DNA of 63,958 nt, the filler included, from Octopus bimaculoides (Eukaryota): NCBI RefSeq assembly GCF_001194135.2. It is 9 parts of 6 records of this genome, joined end to end, with 100 filler letters (N's around TTAATTAATTAA, not from the genome) between each part and the next. Parts side by side here need not be neighbours in the genome. Positions count along the whole stretch, not along the records: positions 10,726 to 37,059 come from NC_068992.1; positions 37,160 to 41,152 come from NC_068981.1; positions 41,253 to 47,822 come from NC_068981.1; positions 47,923 to 52,328 come from NC_068981.1; 5 more parts are not named here. One strand, 5' to 3'. The notes under the pieces are model-generated. The model made no database searches, was not told where the DNA came from, and was given only the letters and a program-made list of their open reading frames with translations. Position 1 is the first letter of the stretch, and every line of letters begins with the position of its first letter. This document shows, piece after piece, positions 36,342-49,439 of the stretch. The position numbers and the translations under genes were made by a program.

Positions 36342-36590
36342 GACGTCGGAGACATAAATACCAGCAGTCACCCATGCATACCAGTCTCCTCTCTCCACGG
36401 CACTCATGTTATCCAAAGGAAAGGCAAAGGCTAATATAGCTTGGCATCAGTGACGTCGCAGCACATTTTTACACCTGAGTGAACTGGAACAACGTGAATT
36501 AAAGTGTCTTGCTCAAGAACACAGCACACAGTCCGGTCCAGGAATCGAACTCACTGCCTCATGATTGTGAGCCCGATGCCTTGCGCCTTC
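36340..36590 (-). mobile_element. SINE family E
   Basis: Minus-strand head gtgaaggcgc, B-box gagttcgattcc, core ttcttgagcaagacacttt; homologous to 58415-58698. Confidence 0.8.
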
Positions 36591-37059
36591 ACACACACAC
36601 ACACACACGCACACACATACATACATACATACATATATGTATATATATATATACATACATATATACAGGCACGTTAGATGTGTATATGCATATATATGTA
36701 TACACACACATACACGCACGTATAAGTATATGTATGTGCATATATATATATATATGTGTATGCTTGTACGTAAATATGACTTGGCAACCATCAAGATTGG
36801 AATTCGATGAACGAGACGCAGTCAGAATTTTATTTTGTTATACTTAATTTAATTTTTATTTTCACTAACTTTATAATTCCTGTCTTGTGCAGCATTTTAT
36901 CATAGGCACTTGGGTTCACATATACTTTTAAATATTCTGTGTTTATTCAGAGAAGTTTTTCTTTTATAATATACATTTTCTCCTTATTTAAGTTCTAAAC
37001 AAAAACAACAAAAGGTTATATAAAAAAAATAAAATAAATGTTGCTTTTTTTTTTCAGAA

Positions 37060-37159
37060 NNNNNNNNNNNNNNNNNNNNNNNNNNNNNNNNNNNNNNNNN
37101 NNNTTAATTAATTAANNNNNNNNNNNNNNNNNNNNNNNNNNNNNNNNNNNNNNNNNNNN
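37060..37159. other. Artificial assembly spacer 3
   Basis: 44N-TTAATTAATTAA-44N. Confidence 0.95.
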
Positions 37160-37161
37160 TG

Positions 37162-37194
<33 letters not shown>

Positions 37195-37224
37195 ATATAT
37201 AATAGGAATACAAAATACAAAATG

Positions 37225-37612
37225 GTGGGAAGTAGCATGCTTACCAACCACATGGTTCTGGGTTCAGTCTCACTGCGAGGCATCTTGGGCAAGTGTCTTC
37301 TACTTATAAGCCGTGGGCCGACCAAAGCCTTGTGAGTGGATTTGGTAGACGGAAACTGAAAGAAGCCCGTCGTATATATGTATATATGTGTGTGTGTGGG
37401 TGTGTCTGTGTTTGTGTGTCTGTGTTTGTCCCCCAACATCGCTTGACAACCGATGCTGGTGCATTTACGTCCCCGTAACTTAGAGGTTCGGCAAAAGAGA
37501 CCGATAGCATAAGTATAGGCTTATTCTATCGGTCGATTAGCGCGACTAAAGGCGGTGATCCAGCATGGCCGCAGTCAAATGACTGAAACAAGTAAAAGAG
37601 AGAATAAAGAGT
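37225..37612 (+). mobile_element. SINE family B
   Basis: Full body and tail ccagcatggccgcagtcaaatgactgaaacaagtaaaagag. Confidence 0.9.
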
Positions 37613-37624
37613 ATATATATATGA

Positions 37625-38705
37625 GGACAATAATATGCAGTTTAATGCAGAAAAATTCTAAGTCCTGCGCTACCAGTGTCCAAAACTGAATAATAAATTT
37701 ACAGGGTACACTGGTCCACATGGGATTACAATCCCAGAGCCTAAATCGGTGAAGGACCTGGGTGTCGACATGAGTGATGATACCTGGCTGGGTGGATCCT
37801 GTGAACGTTCAAAATCAGAGACAAGGAAACCATGATGGTCCTCTGGTGGACATTCGTCCTCAGCTGCCTGGACTACTGCTTCTATCTGTTGGTCACCCAA
37901 CAGTGTAAAATTAACAGCGGGCCTTGAAACAATTCAACGAAGCTTCACAAAGAAGATCGTCTCGTTGCAACAGTGCAGTTCCCTGGAAAGGCTGAAACAG
38001 CTAAGACTCTACTCTCTGGAGCGAAGGCGGGAGAGGTATGTAGTAATATACATCTGGAAGATCTTGGAAGGAATTGTGCCAAATTTTGACTTTGAAAGCT
38101 ACACCAATGCCAGAACGGGACGACACTGCATAGTGCCAAAGATCCCAGCGATGCCATCGCGCTTCTGGACCAGTTACTACAACAGTTTGGGTTTCAGGGG
38201 CCCACAGCTTTTTAATATTCTTCCAAAGAGCCTGAGGAACCTACACAAAGTGGATGTAGGTGTTTTCAAATCAAAACTGGACCTCTTCCTGTCGAGAGTC
38301 CCAGATGAACCTACCTCACGGCAAGACGTGCAAATAAGGGTAGCGACATTAAACTCTCTGATTCAGCAAATGCTATATATTAGAGGAGACTGTCAATAAT
38401 AACAGTGAAGNNNNNNNNNNCTACAACAGTTTGGGTTTCAGGGGCCCACAGCTTTTTAATATTCTTCCAAAGAGCCTGAGGAACCTACACAAAGTGGATG
38501 TAGGTGTTTTCAAATCAAAACTGGACCTCTTCCTGTCGAGAGTCCCAGATGAACCTACCTCACGGCAAGACGTGCAAATAAGGGTAGCGACATTAAACTC
38601 TCTGATTCAGCAAATGCTATATATTAGAGGAGACTGTCAATAATAACAGTGAAGCAAAACGGCGGGGTTCCAGCATGGTCGCAGCTTTGAGCTGAAACTA
38701 TAAAA
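37625..38705 (+). mobile_element. CR1-type LINE 3' portion (contains a likely artefactual duplication)
   Basis: NMQFNAEKF, VKDLGVDMS, LERLKQLRLYSLERRRERYVVIYIWKILEGIVPNF...FKSKLDLFLSRVPDEP; tail at 38655-38705. Confidence 0.92.
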
Positions 38706-39395
38706 AATATGTGTGTGTGTGTGCGCGAGTGCTATGGGTGTGTGTGTGTGTATGCAGGGGAGCAGTGCGTGATTTGTTTTACTCATTCCAGCCCAAGAGC
38801 CATGTTGGGCCGACATCTGCAGTTTGCTTTTAGTGAATAAAACTGTTTGATATCGCTACACATAGATGCTCTTCTTTTCGACAGTTCACCTGGGATCTCA
38901 GACAGGATGTCTCGGTTCTTTGTGAATTCATTTGCATCCATTCCATGTAGATTTCTCGAGTTTATATATACATTTATATAAGCATGTGCGCGCGCGTGTA
39001 TTATATGTGCGTGTGCGTATGTATTATATACGTGCGTGTGCGTATGTATTATATACGTGCGTGTATGTAAATATTGGCAATATATATACACGCGCACATA
39101 CATATTCATACATACACATACGCACATATATACATACACATACATGTATATATGTACATGTGCATACACAATATGTATAACTGTATAAAAAATGTAATCT
39201 GATGCACTGTGTGTGTGTGTGTGTGTGTACGTATGTTATTAAATAATATTTGTAACTCCTCCCAAATGTAATGGAGTACCACCGTCTTTCGTTTTTTGTT
39301 CACTCACTCGTTTTATGTATGTATATATGTGTGTGTGTGTGTATATATGGACGTATGTATGCGTATATATATGCATACATACATATATTCACACG

Positions 39396-39426
<31 letters not shown>

Positions 39427-39470
39427 NNNNNNNNNNNNNNNNNNNNNNNNNNNNNNNNNNNNNNNNNNNN

Positions 39471-39785
39471 TACTATAGCCTCGGGCCGACCAAAGCCTTG
39501 TGAGTGGATTTGGTAGACGGAAACTGAAAGAAGCTTGTCGTATATATGTATATATATATGTATGTGTGTATGTGTTTGTATGTCTGTGTTTGTCCCCCCA
39601 ACATCGCTTGATAACCGATGCTGGTGTGTTTATGTCCCCGTAACTTAGCGGTTCAGCAAAAGAGACCGATAGAATAAGTACTAGGCTTCCAAAGAATAAG
39701 TCCTGGGGTCGATTTGCTCGACTAAAGGTGGTGCTCCAGCATGGCCACAGTCAAAAGACTGAAACAAGTAAAAGAGTAAAGAGTA
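39471..39785 (+). mobile_element. SINE family B (head in gap)
   Basis: Close to the apparent consensus; tail gtaaaagagtaaagag. Confidence 0.92.
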
Positions 39786-39833
39786 TATATATACATACAT
39801 ACATACATACATATATATACTCAACTATATATA

Positions 39834-39877
<44 letters not shown>

Positions 39878-40016
39878 NNNNNNNNNNNNNNNNNNNNNNN
39901 NNNNNNNNNNNNNNNNNNNNNNNNNNNNNNNNNNNNNNNNNNNNNNNNNNNNNNNNNNNNNNNNNNNNNNNNNNNNNNNNNNNNNNNNNNNNNNNNNNNN
40001 NNNNNNNNNNNNNNNN

Positions 40017-40116
<100 letters not shown>

Positions 40117-41097
40117 ATATATAGATATAGATATAGATAGAGAGAGAGATAGACAGACAGATAAATAAATAAATATATATATGTGTATGTGTGTATATGT
40201 ATGTATATATGTTTGTATACATATATAAAACACAGCATTTTTTTGTATAAAATACCATAGATATTTCAACAGCCATTACTTAAAGGTAGGTCACTCTTAT
40301 CTGGACACCATCGCTTCTCAGATTTCATTTCACCATCTAAGACATTACACCCAGCCAACAGCACCCGAATGTTGCAGCTTATAACAGCTTATAACTTCAG
40401 GAACATTACTTACTAATCGGAAGATCCTGCCTCTCAAAGATAGTATATCTCACATTACTTACCACGAATACCTTTAAGAACAGACACAATCAGCCTACGT
40501 ACACATTCATTTGTGTCGAGAGACAGAGAATTCTAGGCTGCAATTTGTTTGAGCCGAAAGTGTACGAATAACCTAGATCATGAAAGTCAGAGTAACGTAG
40601 TGATCAAACTGAAATATTTTCAGTTCATTAAACGTTCATTAAGATCGCTTAGCAGAAGGTAATAAGTCTTTTATTCTGTGTCGTCGTTTATGGATCCATT
40701 ACCACGCTCAATAGACTTTCGTCGGCCCAGCTAGAGTGCTCTCCTCTACACAACAAGTTACTTGCTTTTACTACCAGCATCAGCTAAGGCGTGCTATAAC
40801 TGTTCACGTGACTCATTTCGATATCGAAAATTGTGACCTTCTGACACAGTTTGACACCAAAATCATCACGATATCGTCTGAAAGACTGCACATTTCGGAA
40901 ATTCTGAGTTGCAATGGAATGAATAATGAATTGCCTTCACGATTATCTACCACACGTTGTGTGAGCACCTTTGGTTTGTGACCTAAGAAATATATGTGTG
41001 TGTCTGTACGTATGCGGGTAGGTATTCATCCATATGTGAAGGCATTTATATACACCCTCAGACAACCACGCACACATACATACCGACATACGTCTCC

Positions 41098-41152
<55 letters not shown>

Positions 41153-41252
41153 NNNNNNNNNNNNNNNNNNNNNNNNNNNNNNNNNNNNNNNNNNNNTTAA
41201 TTAATTAANNNNNNNNNNNNNNNNNNNNNNNNNNNNNNNNNNNNNNNNNNNN
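41153..41252. other. Artificial assembly spacer 4
   Basis: 44N-TTAATTAATTAA-44N. Confidence 0.95.
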
Positions 41253-41711
41253 GGTGGTGGTGGTGGTGGTGGTGGTGGTGGTTAACCCCCAAGCCAAGGC
41301 CATTCAAGCCGTGACTATCCTGTCTGTCTCCTATATGCAGGGAAGCCACGGCCAGATTGTCTGACGCGTCTTCGTATTTTTTTTTTTTTAGATTGCATGA
41401 TGTAATTTGAAGGGGGTTTGGTTGCTATTTCTAGCATGTCGAACGACAACGTTGAAGTCTCTCTTTGTTGGCTTGAAGTAATTTTATTGTTGTTACTGTT
41501 ATTTGGGTAGTAGTGGTGGTAGTGGTGCTGCTGCTGCCGTTGCTGCAGGTACTAATGATGGGGATTCGGTAGCGCTGATAGTGGTGGTGGTGGTGGTGGT
41601 GGTGCCACCGCCGCCGCCGCTGCTGCTGCTGCTGCTGGTATTTTGAAGTAGGTAGGATACGTTAATAGGACGGTTGAGATGCTGCTGGTTATTATTTCAA
41701 TGTTTGGTGAT

Positions 41712-41737
41712 TGCGATGGTAATGATGATGATGATGG

Positions 41738-41788
<51 letters not shown>

Positions 41789-41794
41789 CGGTGG

Positions 41795-41844
<50 letters not shown>

Positions 41845-41886
41845 GTGGTGATGATGATGATGATGATGATGATGGTGGTGATGATA

Positions 41887-41922
<36 letters not shown>

Positions 41923-41935
41923 TTGGTGGTGGTGA

Positions 41936-41967
<32 letters not shown>

Positions 41968-41992
41968 ATGATGATGATGATGATGATGATGT
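41712..41992. repeat. (GAT)n tract with GGT interruptions, ~280 bp
   Basis: Direct reading. Confidence 0.97.
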
Positions 41993-42687
41993 GGAAGAGG
42001 AGGAGGAGGTGGTGATGTTTGCCAAGGTGGTGAATGGGAGATGGTTGGTCTAGATATTGGTTGTTGGCAGTGGTAGAAGACGGCAACAAAATAATTAACT
42101 AATAAATAAATAAATAAATAAACAAATAAATGAATAAATAAATGACAACATATTTTCGGCTACGCAACTTACCCACCACTACTTTTCTAACTACCTCGTA
42201 CTCCCGTCCGGAATCCCACTGCCATCGTTCAACCCGCCCCATCAAACCTCTTCAAAAATCTGAAACAGAAACATTATAATTATCTCTGTTGTGATGCCTT
42301 TTCGCTGTGTTAATGATCTCTGAATGTGGCAGCAAGCTGTGGCAAAGGTANNNNNNNNNNNNNNNNNNNNNNNNNNNNNNNNNNNNNNNNNNNNNNNNNN
42401 NNNNNNNNNNNNNNNNNNNNNNNNNNNNNNNNNNNNNNNNNNNNNNNNNNNNNNNNNNNNNNNNNNNNNNNNNNNNNNNNNNNNNNNNNNNNNNNNNNNN
42501 NNNNNNNNNNNNNNNNNNNNNNNNNNNNNNNNNNNNNNNNNNNNNNNNNNNNNNNNNNNNNNNNNNNNNNNNNNNNNNNNNNNNNNNNNNNNNNNNNNNN
42601 NNNNNNNNNNNNNNNNNNNNNNNNNNNNNNNNNNNNNNNNNNNNNNNNNNNNNNNNNNNNNNNNNNNNNNNNNNNNNAGAAAGAAAG

Positions 42688-42809
<122 letters not shown>

Positions 42810-43913
42810 CTTGTAAATGAAAATAGAATAAATAGAAATTAAGAAAATCTGTCCGACAGGCTGTACCTGTAATTTTAAAGGAACTCCAGCATTGTCTGCA
42901 ACGGATGACGTCTATGTGGAATACACAGTCACTGACCCAATATAATACAGATATGTAGTTCCGCATGTCAAACACTTGGAATGCACATCGTTAAATAGAA
43001 GAGAAAATCCTGTAATCCACACGCAAATACAAAATACAACTGTGTCTGACAAGGCAAGTGGAATACTTAGGCGCTCTTCCTCGAAACAGAGGGAAGACCC
43101 ATTACGATCCTCGTCGTATACATTTCAATGGCTAGGAATTTGTATACTACAGAACGACAATGCAAATGCATCAACTGGCCTGTATCTTGAAACAAAAGAT
43201 AAAAGTAACAACAGAGAAAAGACGAGCATGACTACGATTGTTATATTTGATTGCTCTGACCATGATGTTTCAGGTTATTGGGCATATTCAGATCTGCCAT
43301 CTCTTAGCTTTGAACGAAACTGGGGAAAGAAGTACAGTTTATTTTGTCTTTTGTTTTGAAATGAGTGACAGTGGTGGTTGTTTCGATTTTTGAAAGTGTT
43401 TCCAGCAAGTCCTATATAATACCTTTTATCGACACCTTCGAGACGAAGTAATGAATATCTATGAACACCGTCTGTAATATCTGCATTAATATTTTTCTCT
43501 TAATATTAATATTACCATTTTTTATTCTATCTATTTGTGTGTGTGTTTGTGTGGTGTAAGTGTGTGTAAGTGTGTGTAAGTGTGTGTAAGTGTGTGTGTG
43601 CGCGCGCGCAATCGTGCGTGTATGTGTGTATGTAATGCACTGCATTCTAACATTAAAGTCATCAAGATTCATTTCATTTTTTCATCAGAAAATAAGTAAA
43701 TAGAACAAAAGTTTCGTTATGCCTTCCAGTGCATCACAGATTTTTGCAGCCTTTCGTAGTGGAGGAGTCTTGTCATTGTAGATATACGAGTAGATTGAAC
43801 TTCAAAAACGAAGAAAACGAGTCAAAAACGAGTCAAAAGGAAGAAAACGAGCGTGGCCGAAGTCAAATGACTGAAACAAATAAAAGAATATATATATATA
43901 TTTATATTTATGT

Positions 43914-44089
43914 ATAGGCGGAGGAGTAGCTATGTGGTAAGAAGCTTCCTTCCCAACCACATGGTTCCGGGTTCAGTCCTGCTGCGTGGGACCTTGAGTA
44001 AGTGTCTTCTACTATAGCCTCGAGCCAACCAGAGATTTGTGAGTGGATTTAGTAGACGGGAACTGAAAGAAGCCCGTCGTATATATATT

Positions 44090-44143
<54 letters not shown>

Positions 44144-44345
44144 TGTGTATTTGTGTGTCTGTATTTGTCCCCCCACCCTTGCCTGACAACCGATGTCGGT
44201 TTGTTTACGTACCCCTAACATAGCGGTTCTGCAAAAGATACCAACAGAATAAGTACTAAGCTTACAAAGAATCAGTTCTGGGATCGATTTTTTTTTCGAC
44301 TAAAGGCGGTGCTCCAGCATGGCTGCAGTCAATTGCCTGAAACAG
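43914..44345 (+). mobile_element. SINE family B, full length
   Basis: Head ataggcggaggagtagctatgtggtaag to tail cagtcaattgcctgaaac. Confidence 0.9.
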
Positions 44346-45055
44346 CCCCCATCCCAGATCATCACAGATCCTCTTCCATGCTTAACAGTTGGAAGACAGC
44401 AGTCTGGGTCAAATGCTTCTTTTGGCTGTCTCCGCACATATACTCGGCTGGTGGTCGGAAATATGGTAAAGGAATAACATTCTTACACTGCTCTAGGAAC
44501 CATTTCTGTAGGTTTTTACTTCATTCTAAATGCGTTGCAACGTTTGTTTGGAATAGTAGTAGTTTTCTGATTGTAGCCATCCCGTGACATCCGGCTTTGT
44601 GCAGCTCCCGGCGAACAGTTTTTGCGGAAACTGGGTTCTCGAGATGGTCATTAGACTCTGCAGTAATTTTGTGATCCTTTCTAACAATTCGCGTAAGAGT
44701 CCGACGGTCCCTATCTGAAAGTTTTGGTTTTCTTCCGGAGTTTTGTTTCGACGAGGAGGTTTTTCGCTCTTTCTCAAAGGCTGTCATTACTTTCGCGACA
44801 GTACTTCTTGATACACCAAACATTTACCGCCTGCCATACGAGCACCATCAATTTGAGCTCTTTGAAAGTGAGATAGATCTGTCATTTTAATGAATTTTTA
44901 ATTACCTTTTACTCATGGTATCTGAAAATAAACAGCAATTTTAGTAAAACATATTAAGCAAACTAATAATAAATCAAAAATCATAAAATTAAACAAGTTT
45001 TTGACGGTTTTATAGATATTTCAAAATTATGATGCTATGATGCTAGGTTTTTCCA
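44346..45055 (-). mobile_element. Decayed Tc1-like transposon (HTH region and start of DDE domain)
   Basis: FGVSRSTVAKV...SGRKPKLSDRDRRTLTRIVRK...VSAKTVRRELHKAG, then WFLEQCKNVI; frameshifted. Confidence 0.9.
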
Positions 45056-45084
45056 CACTCCAATACAACACGACGTCTGAAGCC

Positions 45085-45411
45085 TTTGAACTTTTTGAAC
45101 TTTATGTAAAACTATTATTATTATTTTTATACTTTCTAAACTTTCCTGTACTTACTGTTCTTTTCTTTTGTCGTATCTCCCCTTCTTCTTAGCACTCCTG
45201 TGTGACCCCTCTGTCCGGCATTCGCCACGATAGATCGCTAGCCACTACACATTTTTTCCCTCCTTGTTTCTCTCCTTGTTTCTTTCTGTGTTCCTTTCTG
45301 TGGAAGAGCGTAGGCTCGAAGCGTTAAAGACTTTTTCACTTCCCGAGCGTTAAACTAATACATCTGTTTGTTTTCTACACCACCTGCCTTCGTCTTTTAT
45401 CTTTTTGTTTT
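45085..45411 (+). mobile_element. Repeat end with hammerhead-like motif (Penelope-like terminal repeat, inferred)
   Basis: Longer homologue of 14893-15030; motif at 45294-45329. Confidence 0.55.
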
Positions 45412-45763
45412 NNNNNNNNNNNNNNNNNNNNNNNNNNNNNNNNNNNNNNNNNNNNNNNNNNNNNNNNNNNNNNNNNNNNNNNNNNNNNNNNNNNNNNNNN
45501 NNNNNNNNNNNNNNNNNNNNNNNNNNNNNNNNNNNNNNNNNNNNNNNNNNNNNNNNNNNNNNNNNNNNNNNNNNNNNNNNNNNNNNNNNNNNNNNNNNNN
45601 NNNNNNNNNNNNNNNNNNNNNNNNNNNNNNNNNNNNNNNNNNNNNNNNNNNNNNNNNNNNNNNNNNNNNNNNNNNNNNNNNNNNNNNNNNNNNNNNNNNN
45701 NNNNNNNNNNNNNNNNNNNNNNNNNNNNNNNNNNNNNNNNNNNNNNNNNNNNNNNNNNNNNNN

Positions 45764-45811
<48 letters not shown>

Positions 45812-45820
45812 GTATGTATG

Positions 45821-45856
<36 letters not shown>

Positions 45857-47413
45857 TTGAACAAGAGTTGTCCTATAAGAGTAATTGTTTTAATAGATAA
45901 ATAAATATGTTCTACTTTATGTACTGAGTACATTGCAAGCTCGATGCCCTTCCAACTGTTTTTCAATCATCCAATCAATTTTTTTTCTTTTTTTTAGTGT
46001 TTTTTTTAGGTCTTGCCTACTATCAACCAAGTGGGAAAGATTTTCTTGTGTGACTCTCTGTAACGGCACCATTAACAACATAGACACAGCGGCATTTCAA
46101 TGGGCGAACCAACCAGGAAACCACGAACCAGCAAGAAAGCATCTACATGGTCGGTTGCTATGTAAAGATAGTAGATAAGTTGTTTTTTTGTTTTTGTTTG
46201 TTTTTGTTTTCAAGCCACATCCTACGAATTTAAAAAAAGAGAGAACTTATTGGATAATGTTGTATTTGATCCAGTAAGGTTAAAAAGGAGGGGGAGAGAA
46301 AAGACGGCGTGATAAGCCTAAAATGTGTTTGATCGCCATTCACTTCAGTCAGAACGATCCGGAGCTAAATTTTTAAAAGATACAACGTTTCTGTCGTAAA
46401 ACCGTACACCCAGTCAGTCCACTTGGACATTGCAAAGACTTAGAAATGATTGGTAACAAAACAAGAAAAAAACATTCTCTGTGACTGTCGCATAACAACT
46501 AATTAACTTCCATGGTCAAAGGGTTAATTGGCAAGCTACATTAATTAATCCTGCTACAAATGAAAGAACTCAATTTAAAATAGAAACAAGTTTACTAATT
46601 ACTAAAACTGAGAAAACGAAATTGAGAGCAAGAATTAAGAACACAGACTTTTACTGCATTCTGTATCATAACAAATAACTTGTTCCGTGTAGTGTAAGAG
46701 AGCGGTGGGCGTTGGAAAGAATTAATGGTTGTGTGCCGTTGTTTTTACCAATTAGAGTTAAAGACCAGATTCACACCAGTCTGCATTGTCTATAATGACG
46801 AAAAATTTCGATCAGATGATAAGATATCATTGGGTTATCTCCCTTCCTTGACGGTTTATGGATTTTAACAAGCTAAACCCTGAAAGAGGTCAGCAAAGCC
46901 TGTGCACACACACCCACTAACACACAAACACACATACATGCAGCCACTTGGGTGTACACGCACAACCACACTCACACATACACACACGTACACACGCACA
47001 TACACATATACACACACAGACCTATCTGTCATCATCACCCTCACGCCTACTCCTAAACAACACACGCCTACGCACACACATATAAGCAACGAGGTCTCAG
47101 ACAGGCAAACACGGCCTCCGTAAGGAACTGGGAGAGAAGTCACGGAAAAGGTTGCGATTGGCAACGAACGCACTTTGACAAACAACAACAAAAAATCTGT
47201 TGACTGTTTAACCAACAAGCCATGGAAATGATCGGGTAGTTAGTTGGATAGATATTCAACCAAATGACTAATAATGCAGGAGTGGAATTGAACAGGTGCA
47301 CGTATTATTAATATTGGTGTAATGACCCTCCCTAGATAAAAACAAAATAGAAGTAAAAAATATCACAAAAAAAAATTGTTGTGTTTTGAGTATGATTTGG
47401 CTACTATTTCTAC

Positions 47414-47561
47414 CGTGTCAAGGCACCACATAAAAGGCTTCCTCGTTTCTTCGTCATTTGTATTGTTTGTCGTGTCTTTTGGTCTGGACTGAATTCGTCT
47501 GATATTGATTTGACCTCTGTTCTGTTAATCTCTTTTCCACGCGGTAACCACTCGGCGATTA
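47414..47561 (-). CDS. Candidate exon (IAEWLPRGKEINRTEVKSISDEFSPDQKTRQTIQMTKKRGSLLCGALT), unidentified
   Basis: Acceptor ttacttttgcag, donor ACG|gtagaa, 148 nt, only one frame open. Confidence 0.3.
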
Positions 47562-47785
47562 CTGCAAAAGTAACTAATATATAGCTTATATTTGGCAACG
47601 AACTATAAATTTCACAATATAAGTTAATCCATTACTAACACAGGGATCCTTCATCATTTTCGTTTGTCGTTTTTAGCTTTCTTTTATGATATTTTCTTAT
47701 TTCATCGCTGTTAATAGATATTTCTCGAGACTAGGAAGAAGCCATATATGTGTGTGTGTGTTCATATACATATATATGCATACAT

Positions 47786-47822
<37 letters not shown>

Positions 47823-47922
47823 NNNNNNNNNNNNNNNNNNNNNNNNNNNNNNNNNNNNNNNNNNNNTTAATTAATTAANNNNNNNNNNNNNNNNNNNNNN
47901 NNNNNNNNNNNNNNNNNNNNNN
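47823..47922. other. Artificial assembly spacer 5
   Basis: 44N-TTAATTAATTAA-44N. Confidence 0.95.
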
Positions 47923-47961
<39 letters not shown>

Positions 47962-48039
47962 TCGAATTTAAAGTTGAAGAATTAAGGTTTAGAATGCAAG
48001 CGTTAAACGGAGTATCCAAACCTTGTTTCAGAGTAAGGC

Positions 48040-48300
48040 CCAGGTAGTATGTCTACGGAACACATTCACCACTTAAGGCTACCAGGCGTCATCAGCGATA
48101 TTTTGCATTCATCGTTGGATCTACGTCCAGAAATTCCAGGGTGCACGAAGGGTACATTATAAAGATTAATAGAGAAGACGGAGTGTAACAAAAAGCATTT
48201 ACTACACAACAATCGTTTCTGCTTCATGTTGCACTGCTTCCTAGTGGGCGTAGAACAATGCAATAACACCAGATGCAACGCACAGGGCAAAAGAGCCCCT
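48040..48300 (-). mobile_element. Possible decayed Helitron PIF1 helicase fragment
   Basis: Across frames: FALCVASGVIAL, LHSVFSINL, DECK, in the order of ALAVASSGIAA..AHSxFKxPL..DExxM. Confidence 0.35.
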
Positions 48301-48410
48301 TCAGGTGGCATAATATGCTTATGAGTTAGCAGATTTACATTTCGATTTCATTTCAAGGTAAATGGTGGTCTTGAGAGATTCTAGCGTGTGTTCTAGTGTT
48401 CTGTGCGTGC

Positions 48411-48451
<41 letters not shown>

Positions 48452-49328
48452 CACGGCGAGATCTTTTCAGTTTCCGTNNNNNNNNNNNNNNNNNNNNNNN
48501 NNNNNNNNNNNNNNNNNNNNNNNNNNNNNNNNNNNNNNNNNNNNNNNNNNNNNNNNNNNNNNNNNNNNNNNNNNNNNNNNNNNNNNNNNNNNNNNNNNNN
48601 NNNNNNNNNNNNNNNNNNNNNNNNNNNNNNNNNNNNNNNNNNNNNNNNNNNNNNNNNNNNNNNNNNNNNNNNNNNNNNNNNNNNNNNNNNNNNNNNNNNN
48701 NNNNNNNNNNNNNNNNNNNNNNNNNNNNNNNNNNNNNNNNNNNNNNNNNNNNNNNNNNNNNNNNNNNNNNNNNNNNNNNNNNNNNNNNNNNNNNNNNNNN
48801 NNNNNNNNNNNNNNNNNNNNNNNNNNNNNNNNNNNNNNNNNNNNNNNNNNNNNNNNNNNNNNNNNNNNNNNNNNNNNNNNNNNNNNNNNNNNNNNNNNNN
48901 NNNNNNNNNNNNNNNNNNNNNNNNNNNNNNNNNNNNNNNNNNNNNNNNNNNNNNNNNNNNNNNNNNNNNNNNNNNNNNNNNNNNNNNNNNNNNNNNNNNN
49001 NNNNNNNNNNNNNNNNNNNNNNNNNNNNNNNNNNNNNNNNNNNNNNNNNNNNNNNNNNNNNNNNNNNNNNNNNNNNNNNNNNNNNNNNNNNNNNNNNNNN
49101 NNNNNNNNNNNNNNNNNNNNNNNNNNNNNNNNNNNNNNNNNNNNNNNNNNNNNNNNNNNNNNNNNNNNNNNNNNNNNNNNNNNNNNNNNNNNNNNNNNNN
49201 NNNNNNNNNNNNNNNNNNNNNNNNNNNNNNNNNNNNNNNNNNNNNNNNNNNNNNNNNNNNNNNNNNNNNNNNNNNNNNNNNNNNNNNNNNNNNNNNNNNN
49301 NNNNNNNNNNNNNNNNNNNNNNNNNNNN

Positions 49329-49394
<66 letters not shown>

Positions 49395-49439
49395 ACTCAT
49401 TTATATATACTAAATATAGGTAAATAAATATCGTAATGT

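Noticed and set aside
40325-40366. ES1/GATD3 exon 2 (minus-strand VLLAGCNVLDGE vs VLSGCGVYDGSE)
   Set aside because: No acceptor AG at the required position, the following residues do not match, and three spacers separate it from exon 1.
41552-42089. Poly-Asp, poly-Met, poly-Ser or poly-Ile proteins
   Set aside because: Triplet microsatellite open in most frames; no splice signals or non-repetitive coding flanks.
46010-46165. Plus-strand exon with C-type-lectin-like FQWANQPGN
   Set aside because: Acceptor is strong, but spacing does not fit the lectin motif, the key cysteines are absent and the donor is ambiguous.
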